A DNA stretch of 15,225 bases from Sandaracinaceae bacterium. GTDB taxonomy: Bacteria; Myxococcota_A; Polyangia; Polyangiales; Sandaracinaceae. Where the stretch lies: contig JBGAQA010000135.1 in the NCBI GenBank assembly GCA_044220955.1, positions 1 through 15,225 on the forward strand, in the 5' to 3' direction. The position numbers and the translations under genes are program-made. Positions 8,393 to 15,224 of this stretch are shown here, piece after piece; within the stretch, counting starts at the first letter, position 1, and each line of letters opens with the position of its first letter. The notes under the pieces are model-generated. The model had not been told where the DNA came from. It saw only the letters and a list, made by a program, of their open reading frames with translations, and searched no databases.

Positions 8393-8541
8393 GCACTCTC
8401 GCCATGCAGCCTCTCCTCGGCGTCCGATCCGTCTCCAGACGTGGCCCGCGCACCGCACGTCGTCGGCTCGAGCCCACAGCTCGACGCGGGAGCTGGGAGG
8501 TGCGCCTGGGCGAGCGGGCGGCGCACGTCGGCGGCCATGCG

Positions 8542-9888
8542 TCAGCGGAGGCCGTGACGCCGCAGCATGTCCCACAGATGCGAGCGGTCCATGTCCGCGT
8601 CCCGCGCCGCCTGCGAGACGTTGCCCCCGGCGCGCTCGAGGAGCCGCGGCAGGTACGCCGCCTCGAACTGGTTCAGCACGCGGAGCCGGGCCTCCTTGTA
8701 GGGCTGCTCCAGCGTGGGCTCGAGCGCGATGTGCAGGCCCGGGACCGCGACCTGCGCCGGCGTGCCGGCCGGGATGCCGGGAGACGAGTCTTCGAGGACG
8801 GGCGTCTCCCCCATGGCGAGCGTGGCGTCGACGACGTTGCGCAGCTCCCGCACGTTGCCCGGCCAGTAGTGCCGCAGGAACGTGCCCATCGTCTCGGGCG
8901 AGATCAACTGCTCGATCGGTCCCGTGTACCCGGCGTCGCGCGCGAAGTGCTCGATGAGCAGCGGGATGTCGTCGAGCCGCGCGCGCAGCGGTGGGATCTC
9001 GAGCCGTACGACCGCGACGCGATAGAAGAGGTCCAGGCGGAACTTGCCGGCGTTGACCTCGGCGCGAAGATCCCGGTTGGTCGCCGAGACGACGCGGACG
9101 TCGACCGCGATCTCGTCGCGCCCACCGAGCCTGCGGAACCGCCGCCGCTCGAGGGCGCCGAGCAGCGCGGGCTGGAGCGACTCCGGTAGCTCGCCGATCT
9201 CGTCGAGGAAGAGGGTCCCGCCGTCTGCGCGCTCGAAGGCGCCGACGTGCTTGCGGTCGGCACCGGTGAAGGCGCCGCGCTCGTGCCCGAAGAGCTCGCT
9301 CGCGACGAGCGTCGGCGAGAGCGATGCGCAGTCCACCGTCTCGAAGGCTCGCCCGGCCCGCGGCCCGAGCTCGTGCAGAGCGCGGGCGAAGCGCTCCTTC
9401 CCCGTCCCGGACTCGCCGGTCAGGAGCGTCGACACCTCGCTCTGCGCCGCGCGCTGCAGCTGGGCCAGGAGGCGTCGCATGATGGGCGAGCGTGCGAAGA
9501 GCCCGCCGAGGGCCTCGCCGCCGTGGATCTCGACGTCGACGTCCTCACCATCGCGGATGCGCAGCGTGGTGCGCCCGATCGTCAGGCCGGTGCCCGGCGG
9601 GACCAGCGCTCTCTCGACGCGGACCGCGCCGACGAACGTCCCGTTCGTCGACCCTCGGTCCTCGATCGACACGCCCTCGGGCTCCCGGCTGAGCTGCGCG
9701 TGAAACCGCGACACGGTCGGGTCCACGAGCACGACGTCGTTGCCGTGGGCCGTCCCGATCGACAGGCGATCGCTCGTCGCGACGCACGTGCGCCCGGCGT
9801 CGGGGCCGTCGGTGACGTCCACGCAGAGGGAACGGACGCTGACCCGTGTGGCCCCCTTGCCCGGCAGCGTGTGCGTCTCTCGTTCCAT
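8542..9888 (-). CDS. FHA-domain sigma54-dependent enhancer-binding protein (FHA-AAA+-Fis HTH), ~448 aa
   Basis: ORF 8542..9897; ATG at 9888 with GAGG upstream. FHA (IGT...NDVVLVDPTVSRFH...DRGSTNGTFV), Walker A GESGTGKE, ELFGHERGAFTGA, Walker B FLDEIGE, FRLDLFYRV, WPGNVREL, and HTH GGNVSQAARDADMDRSHLWDML. Confidence 0.96.
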   Translation of the reverse strand: MERETHTLPGKGATRVSVRSLCVDVTDGPDAGRTCVATSDRLSIGTAHGNDVVLVDPTVSRFHAQLSREPEGVSIEDRGSTNGTFVGAVRVERALVPPGTGLTIGRTTLRIRDGEDVDVEIHGGEALGGLFARSPIMRRLLAQLQRAAQSEVSTLLTGESGTGKERFARALHELGPRAGRAFETVDCASLSPTLVASELFGHERGAFTGADRKHVGAFERADGGTLFLDEIGELPESLQPALLGALERRRFRRLGGRDEIAVDVRVVSATNRDLRAEVNAGKFRLDLFYRVAVVRLEIPPLRARLDDIPLLIEHFARDAGYTGPIEQLISPETMGTFLRHYWPGNVRELRNVVDATLAMGETPVLEDSSPGIPAGTPAQVAVPGLHIALEPTLEQPYKEARLRVLNQFEAAYLPRLLERAGGNVSQAARDADMDRSHLWDMLRRHGLR

Positions 9889-9913
9889 CCCCGCCACCTC
9901 GGCCCAGCCGCGC

Positions 9914-9942
9914 AGCGTAGGGGGCGCGTGACGTCCTGTAAA
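9914..9942 (-). promoter_or_regulatory. Putative sigma70-type promoter of the FHA-sigma54 activator gene
   Basis: The minus strand reads TTTACA-N17-TACGCT (consensus TTGACA-N17-TATAAT). It is an AT-containing island in very GC-rich DNA, about 25 nt upstream of the ATG at 9888. Confidence 0.5.
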
Positions 9943-9956
9943 CGGCCATGCGGCGG

Positions 9957-11279
9957 TCAGAGCCCTGCGGTCGGGTCGATCCAGCCGGCGCTCTTGCTCA
10001 CGGCGGCGATGCGCGTGACCAGCGCGCCCAGCTCGACCGGCTTGCCGACGATGTCGCTCACGCCGAGGACCTCGAAGCGCCAGCGCTCGGCGGCGGGGAG
10101 GCGGCCCGTGATCACGATCACGCGCGCTTCGTTCCCGCCGGGGATGTCTCGCAGCGCGGTGAGCGTCGCGATCCCGTCGAGCCCGGGCAGCTCGTAGTCG
10201 AGGAGCACCAGGTCGGGCGGATGCGCGAGCGCGCTGCGCACCGCGTCCGTCCCGCTCTGCGCGCCGCGGACCTCGATGCCGACGCCGAGCAGGGCGAGCT
10301 GGGCCGCACGGACCGAGAGGCGACGAAACGCCGCGTCGTCCTCCACCACCAGGACGCGGAGCGGGCGCTCGCGGATCCTCGGGTAGATGAGCTCCTCGAA
10401 CGTGTCTCCCAGGTCGCGGGGCGGGTGGCTCATCGCGGCGATCGCCGCCATCAGCGCGTGCTCGAGCTCGCGGCCGTTCGTGAACCGCTCGGCCGGCTCC
10501 CGCGCGAGGGCCCGCAGCAGCACGGGCTCGAGCGCCGCGAGATCGGGGCGCGTCGCGCCGAGGCGTGCCGGCACGTCGTCCACGCGGCGCCCTCCGGCCT
10601 TCTGAAAGGGCGCGAAGCCGGTGAGCATCTCGAACGCCATGCAGCCGAACGCGAAGACGTCTGCGGACGCCGACATCGGCGCGGCCTCCGCGAGCTGCTC
10701 GGGTGCCATGTAGCGGGGGGTCCCCATCTCCGCCCGCTCCGACTCGCTGCCCGCCTGCGTCACGAGCCCGAAGTCCACGATGACGGGCCGCCCCGTCCCC
10801 TCCTCGATGACGATGTTGGCGGGCTTGATGTCCCGATGAACGAGGCCGGCCGCGTGGACGTCGCCGAGCCCGGAGGCGAGCTGCCGGAGGATGGTCAAGG
10901 CGCGGGCGGTGGGCACCAGCGCCTGGTGCGCGGCGTGGGCGCGCTGGATCGCCGCGAGGTTCGGCCCCGCCACGTACTCCATCGCGATGAAGAACGAGGC
11001 GTCGCTGCGGCCGAACCCGTACACCTGGACGACGAAGGGGCTCCGGACCCGCGCGAGCGCCGCCGCCTCGGTCCGAAGGCGCTCGACGGCCCCGGGGATC
11101 TGCTGCTCGAGCTCCATCGTCTTGAGCGCGGCGATGCGGTCGAGGTCCAGATCGCGCGCGCGGTACACCGTGCCCATCCCACCCGAGCCCAGCCGCTCGA
11201 GCAGCTCGTAGCGCCCCACGATCTGGGCGGGCCGGCTCGCCGCCGCGGGCGCAGCGGGCCTGGTGACGTCGTCATCCAC
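9957..11279 (-). CDS. Ser/Thr protein kinase fused to a C-terminal receiver (REC) domain, paralog A, ~440 aa
   Basis: ORF 9957..11294. GTG at 11279 is preferred because GGGAGG lies 5 nt upstream; ATG 11294 is the alternative. Kinase motifs LGSGGMGTV, AALK, HRDIKPAN, DFG, GTPRYMAPE, DVFAFG. REC motifs LRVLVVEDD...LVLLDYELPGLDG...VITG...GKPV. No TM helix. Confidence 0.94.
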   Translation of the reverse strand: MDDDVTRPAAPAAASRPAQIVGRYELLERLGSGGMGTVYRARDLDLDRIAALKTMELEQQIPGAVERLRTEAAALARVRSPFVVQVYGFGRSDASFFIAMEYVAGPNLAAIQRAHAAHQALVPTARALTILRQLASGLGDVHAAGLVHRDIKPANIVIEEGTGRPVIVDFGLVTQAGSESERAEMGTPRYMAPEQLAEAAPMSASADVFAFGCMAFEMLTGFAPFQKAGGRRVDDVPARLGATRPDLAALEPVLLRALAREPAERFTNGRELEHALMAAIAAMSHPPRDLGDTFEELIYPRIRERPLRVLVVEDDAAFRRLSVRAAQLALLGVGIEVRGAQSGTDAVRSALAHPPDLVLLDYELPGLDGIATLTALRDIPGGNEARVIVITGRLPAAERWRFEVLGVSDIVGKPVELGALVTRIAAVSKSAGWIDPTAGL

Positions 11280-11358
11280 GCGCGCCTCCCGCATGGCGCT
11301 CGGCGGCGCTCGGTCGGATCGACGTGGGCCGGGTCGCGGGATCGGGCATCATGCGGCG

Positions 11359-11682
11359 ATGACCGACGCGAGGAGCGCGCTGCTGCGGGAGGCCTTGCGC
11401 GCGCTGCGCGAGGAGCAGGGTCCGGGGCTGCGCGCGCGTGCCGCCGCCCTCGCCGACGCGCTGACACGGCTCGAGAGCGCGTCGGGCCCGGCGTTCGCCG
11501 AGGCCCGCGCCGAGGCCCACCGGCTGCGCGGCACCGCGGGCTCGTACGGCCTGGCGGCGATCTCCGCGTCGGCCGACGCGATCGAGGTGGCCATCGACGC
11601 GGCCGCCGAGACGGGCGCCCTGCCGGCCGAGCTCCCTGCGCTCGCCGCCGCCCTCGCCCGGGCGGCCGACGACGAATCGTGA
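11359..11682 (+). CDS. Stand-alone Hpt (histidine phosphotransfer) domain protein, 107 aa
   Basis: Within ORF 11263..11682; ATG at 11359 avoids overlap with the divergent kinase. All-helical Ala/Leu-rich sequence with the Hpt signature EAHRLRGTAGSYGL...IS..A..IE (His54, codon 11518-11520). Confidence 0.9.
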   Translation: MTDARSALLREALRALREEQGPGLRARAAALADALTRLESASGPAFAEARAEAHRLRGTAGSYGLAAISASADAIEVAIDAAAETGALPAELPALAAALARAADDES

Positions 11683-11750
11683 ACGGCGGAGTCGGGCCCT
11701 CATGCTCGCCGACTTCCAAGCACGCCGTGTGCCGGGATACCTTCACCCCC

Positions 11751-13052
11751 GTGGCTCCGAACGACGGCCAGGTCCTGCAGGCAGGCACCCTCATCGATGC
11801 TCGCTTCCGCGTGGAGCGCGAGCTCGCGTCCGGGGCGATGGGCGTCGTCTACCGAGCCCGGGACGTCTTGCTCGAGCGCGACACCGCGCTGAAGGTGCTG
11901 GTGGGCGCTTCGCGCAACGTCCGCGATCGCCTGCGGCGCGAGGCGGCGGCGCTCGCGACGCTGCGCCACGAGCACGTCGTCCAAGTGTACACGTTCGGCG
12001 ATCACGAGGGGGCGCCCTATTTCGCGATGGAGTTCGTCGACGGCCGGGCGCTCTCCGACCTGATCGACGAGCACTACGTCCGGCACACGTCGCCGGTTCC
12101 GCTCTACCGCGCGGTCCAGATCCTCCGAGAGCTCGGCGAGGGGCTGACCGCCGTCCACGCGGCCGGGCTCGTGCATCGCGACGTCAAGCCGCACAACGTC
12201 GTCGTCGAGAACCGCACCGGCCGCTCCGTGCTCGTCGACTTCGGAGCCGCCAAGCTGGTCAGCGAGCCCTACGACGGCACGATCATCGGCACGCCACACT
12301 ACCTGGCGCCGGAGGTCATCCAAGGCCAGCCCCCGACCCCGCGCGCCGACATCTACTCGCTCGGCTGCCTCGCGTTCGAGCTGCTGACGGGCCGCGTCCC
12401 CTTCGAGGCGACGACGCTCGGCCAGATCCTCAGCCTCCACCAGAGGGCCCCGATCCCCCGGCCGTCCTCGATCCGCGCCGAGCTCGCGCCGGTGGACGAC
12501 CTGATCGAGCGCATGCTGCAGAAGAACCCCGCGGACCGCACCGCGAACGGCAGCCTCATCCGGCACGCGCTCGACGACCTCATCGCGGGCATGGCCCGCG
12601 AGCCGAAGCGCGACGAGCCGGTGAGCGAGTCGACCGTCCTGCCCGGCGAGCAGGGCCTCCGTGTTCTGGTCGTCGACGACGACCCGGCGTTCGCCCGCCT
12701 GGCCGCGCGCGCCGCGCAGATCGCCTTCGCCGAGGTGCAGGCGTCGGTCTCTCGCGCCGGGTCCGGTGAGGCCGCGCTCGCGAACGCCGCGCGAAAGCGG
12801 CCCGACATCATCGTGCTCGACTATCTCCTGCCCGACATGAACGGGGTCGAGATCCTGTCGCGGATCCGGTCGGGGTCCGAGGGGTTCCACCCCGAGATCC
12901 TGGTGGTGAGCAGCACGCTCGCGCGGGGCGAGCAGTGGCGCTTCTCGATCCTCGGTGTGCGCGACTTCCTCGCCAAGCCCATCGCGTTTCCCGACCTCGT
13001 CACGGCGATCCACGAGCTGGGCAAGCGGCGCGGCTGGTCGAGCCCGACGTGA
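11751..13052 (+). CDS. Ser/Thr protein kinase fused to a C-terminal receiver (REC) domain, paralog B, ~433 aa
   Basis: This is the C-terminal part of ORF 9948..13052. Likely GTG start at 11751; an in-frame GTG at 11679 overlapping the Hpt stop is the alternative. Kinase motifs LASGAMGVV, TALK, HRDVKPHN, DFG, GTPHYLAPE, DIYSLG. REC motifs LRVLVVDDD...IIVLDYLLPDMNG...VVSS...AKPI. Confidence 0.94.
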   Translation: MAPNDGQVLQAGTLIDARFRVERELASGAMGVVYRARDVLLERDTALKVLVGASRNVRDRLRREAAALATLRHEHVVQVYTFGDHEGAPYFAMEFVDGRALSDLIDEHYVRHTSPVPLYRAVQILRELGEGLTAVHAAGLVHRDVKPHNVVVENRTGRSVLVDFGAAKLVSEPYDGTIIGTPHYLAPEVIQGQPPTPRADIYSLGCLAFELLTGRVPFEATTLGQILSLHQRAPIPRPSSIRAELAPVDDLIERMLQKNPADRTANGSLIRHALDDLIAGMAREPKRDEPVSESTVLPGEQGLRVLVVDDDPAFARLAARAAQIAFAEVQASVSRAGSGEAALANAARKRPDIIVLDYLLPDMNGVEILSRIRSGSEGFHPEILVVSSTLARGEQWRFSILGVRDFLAKPIAFPDLVTAIHELGKRRGWSSPT

Positions 13053-13150
13053 GGGGTCGCTTCATCGGCTGCGGCCACCGCCCTGTCGGCTTCGACCGAC
13101 GACCCGCGCGCCGTGGGCCCGAGACGGGCGAAAAGACGACGCGCTGGCGC

Positions 13151-13166
13151 TGGCACGCGACGAGCA
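13151..13166 (+). promoter_or_regulatory. Sigma54-like -24/-12 motif just upstream of the EF-hand-like protein gene
   Basis: TGGCACG-CGAC-GAGCA: perfect -24 box, GG-N10-GC spacing, weaker -12 box. The predicted +1 (~13177) lies almost at the ATG (13179). Confidence 0.35.
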
Positions 13167-13178
13167 TCGAGGGCGGGG

Positions 13179-15224
13179 ATGCCTCATCCGTGGAAATTCG
13201 TGCGCGCCGGCGGCTTCGACCAGGTCGAGATCACCTCCGGCGCGGATCTCGCGTCACTCTCGGAGCTCGATCAGAAGCTCTGGGTCGCCCTCGCATGCCC
13301 GACGACGGGCATCGACTTCGACAAGCGCACGCTCGCGCTCATCGACACGGACGGGGACGGCCGTATCCGCGCCCCCGAGCTTCTGCGCGCGGTGGAGTGG
13401 GCTTGCCGCGTCGTGCGCGATCCGGACGACCTCACCAAGAGTGAGGGCGCCCTCGCGCTGAGCTCGATCGACGCCGAGGACGACGAGGGCAGGCTCCTGC
13501 TCGCCACCGCGAAGGCCCTGCTGAAGAGCCTCGGCAAGGGGGACGCCAAGAAGATCTCGGTGGAAGAGACGGGGCGCGCCCTCGAGGCGTTCTCGAAGGA
13601 GCGGCTCAACGGTGACGGCGTCGTGCCCGAGACCGCGACGGACGACGCGGCGCTCGTCGCCGTGATCAAGGACGTCCTCGCTTGCTCCCCTTCGCCCGCC
13701 AAGGATCGGTCGGGGGCCGACGGCGTCAGCAAGGCCGCTCACGACGCGTTCTTCGAGGCCGTCGACGCGCACGCCGCCTGGCTCGCGAAGGGCGACGACG
13801 CGGCGGTTCGCGTGCTGGGCGCCGCCACCGACGACGCCCACGCGGCGTACGCGAAGGTCCGCGGGAAGCTCGCCGACTACTTCGCGCGTGCGAGGGTGGC
13901 CGCGTACGACCCGCGCGCGCTGGCGGCCGTGAACGGCGAGGAGAAGCAGTACCTCGAGCTCGCAGCCAAGGATCTGGACGTCACCGCAGCCGAGGTCGAG
14001 AGGCTTCCCATCGCGCAGGTGACGGGCGACCGTCCGCTCTCTCTCGCGCAGGGCGTGAACCCGGCCTGGACCGATCGGGTCGCCGACTTCCGGACGAAGG
14101 TCGTCGTGCCCTTGCTCGGAGAGAAGGCGTCGCTGACCGAGGCCGACCTGCGCGCCGTCGGGGCCAAGCTGGCCGCCTACTCGGACTGGCAAGCGACGAA
14201 GGCCGGCGCGTCGGTCGAGAAGCTCGGGGCGGCGCGCGTGCGCGAGCTCGCCACGGGCGATGCGCGCACCAAGCTCGCAGCGCTCATCGCCGCGGACCAC
14301 GCGGAGGAGCCGAAGGCCAAGGCGATCGAGTCCGTCGAGAAGCTCGTCCGCCTCAACCGTGACCTCATGACGCTCGTGAACAACTTCGTGTCGTTCCGCG
14401 ACTTCTACACGCGCAAGGGGCCCGCGATCTTCCAGATCGGCACCCTGTTCCTCGACACGCGCGCCTGCGAGCTCTGCGTCCGCGTCGCGGACGGCGCCCG
14501 GCACGCGACGATGGCGCCGCTCTCGAACAGCTACCTCGTGTACGCCGACGTGAAGAACGCCAAGGGCGAGACGATGCAGATCGCAGCCGCCATGACCGCC
14601 GGTGACGTGGACAACCTCATGGTGGGCCGCAACGGCGTGTTCTACGATCGCGCGGGCAACGACTGGGACGCGACCGTCACGCGCATCGTCGACAACCCGA
14701 TCAGCATCCGCCAGGCCTTCTGGGCCCCGTACAAGAAAGCCCTGCGTGCCGTCGAGAGCGCGCTCAACAAGCGCGCCGCCGACGCGGCGGCGGCCAGCGA
14801 CGCCCAGCTCACCAGCGGCGCCGAGAGCGTCGCGGCCGGCACGGCACCGACGACGCCCGCTCCCTCGCGCTTCGACATCGGGACGATCGCCGCCCTCGGC
14901 GTGGCGGTCGGCGGCATCACCGCGGCGCTCGGCGCGCTCCTCAGCGCGTTCTTCGGCCTCGGCCTGTGGATGCCGCTCGGCCTCATCGGCCTCATCGGCC
15001 TCGTCGGACTCGGCTTCGTCCGACTCGATGTCATCGGCGATGTCGCCGGCGGTGTCGTCCCCGGGCACCTGCGTGATGTCCTCGTCGGTCTCCTCGCAGT
15101 CCTCCGCACCCTGCTCGTCGGACACCTCGTCGTCGGGCTTGCCGTTGGCGGCGGCCATCGCCTTGAACATCGGATGGTCACCGACGGTGTGCGGCGGCAC
15201 CTTGGCGACCGCGGGGGCGGCCTC
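13179..15224 (+). CDS. Large uncharacterised protein with N-terminal EF-hand-like loop and C-terminal hydrophobic helices; no stop in window, native sequence probably ends near 14996-15005
   Basis: Absent from the ORF track because the frame is open to the edge. Manual translation: MPHPWKFVRAGGFDQVEITSGADLASLSELDQKLWVALACPTTGIDFDKRTLALIDTDGDGRIRAPELL...NNFVSFRDFY...AIFQIGTLFLDTRAC...VGRNGVFYDRAGNDWDATVTRIVDNPISIRQAFWAPYKK...FDIGTIAALGVAVGGITAALGALLSAFFGLGLWMPLGLIGL. Strong GC3 bias up to ~15000. Confidence 0.88.
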   Translation, partial: MPHPWKFVRAGGFDQVEITSGADLASLSELDQKLWVALACPTTGIDFDKRTLALIDTDGDGRIRAPELLRAVEWACRVVRDPDDLTKSEGALALSSIDAEDDEGRLLLATAKALLKSLGKGDAKKISVEETGRALEAFSKERLNGDGVVPETATDDAALVAVIKDVLACSPSPAKDRSGADGVSKAAHDAFFEAVDAHAAWLAKGDDAAVRVLGAATDDAHAAYAKVRGKLADYFARARVAAYDPRALAAVNGEEKQYLELAAKDLDVTAAEVERLPIAQVTGDRPLSLAQGVNPAWTDRVADFRTKVVVPLLGEKASLTEADLRAVGAKLAAYSDWQATKAGASVEKLGAARVRELATGDARTKLAALIAADHAEEPKAKAIESVEKLVRLNRDLMTLVNNFVSFRDFYTRKGPAIFQIGTLFLDTRACELCVRVADGARHATMAPLSNSYLVYADVKNAKGETMQIAAAMTAGDVDNLMVGRNGVFYDRAGNDWDATVTRIVDNPISIRQAFWAPYKKALRAVESALNKRAADAAAASDAQLTSGAESVAAGTAPTTPAPSRFDIGTIAALGVAVGGITAALGALLSAFFGLGLWMPLGLIGLIGLVGLGFVRLDVIGDVAGGVVPGHLRDVLVGLLAVLRTLLVGHLVVGLAVGGGHRLEHRMVTDGVRRHLGDRGGGL
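14979..15005. repeat. 9-bp tandem repeat (GGCCTCATC x2 + GGCCTCGTC) at the apparent coding-strand switch
   Basis: ggcctcatc ggcctcatc ggcctcgtc reads GLI-GLI-GLV on + and DEA-DEA-DEA on -. Confidence 0.8.
14979..15224 (-). other. Internal fragment of an unrelated acidic low-complexity protein on the minus strand (probable chimeric contig end)
   Basis: The minus frame reads EAAPAVAKVPPHTVGDHPMFKAMAAANGKPDDEVSDEQGAEDCEETDEDITQVPGDDTAGDIADDIESDEAESDEADEADEA with GC3-rich codons. The + frame here gains many T-ending codons (gat, ggt, cgt, ctt, gtt, cat), which is typical of an antisense shadow. Confidence 0.6.

Noticed and set aside
8442..8537. Further GG-N10-GC matches (TGGCCCG...CCGCA at 8442 on +; TGGCCGC...GTGCG ending 8537 on -)
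   Set aside because: Weaker matches, and this spacing arises often by chance at this GC content.
8404..9189. 261-aa + ORF behind the sigma54-like motif as a protein gene
   Set aside because: Mostly antisense to the bEBP, with poor codon bias and no domain in the non-overlapping part. Kept only as a possible antisense transcript.
9948..11750. 1034-aa ORF 9948..13052 as one giant kinase
   Set aside because: The first ~600 codons are the antisense shadow of kinase A plus an off-frame read of Hpt. Only the part from ~11751 has protein-like sequence.
13053..13140. Hairpins GTCGG/CCGAC and GCCCG/CGGGC as intrinsic terminators
   Set aside because: Short stems with no U-tract on the correct side for either strand.
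13254..15200. 648-aa minus-strand ORF as a real gene
   Set aside because: Below ~14979 it is the in-register antisense of the real + gene. Only the acidic part right of the repeat looks like true coding sequence.
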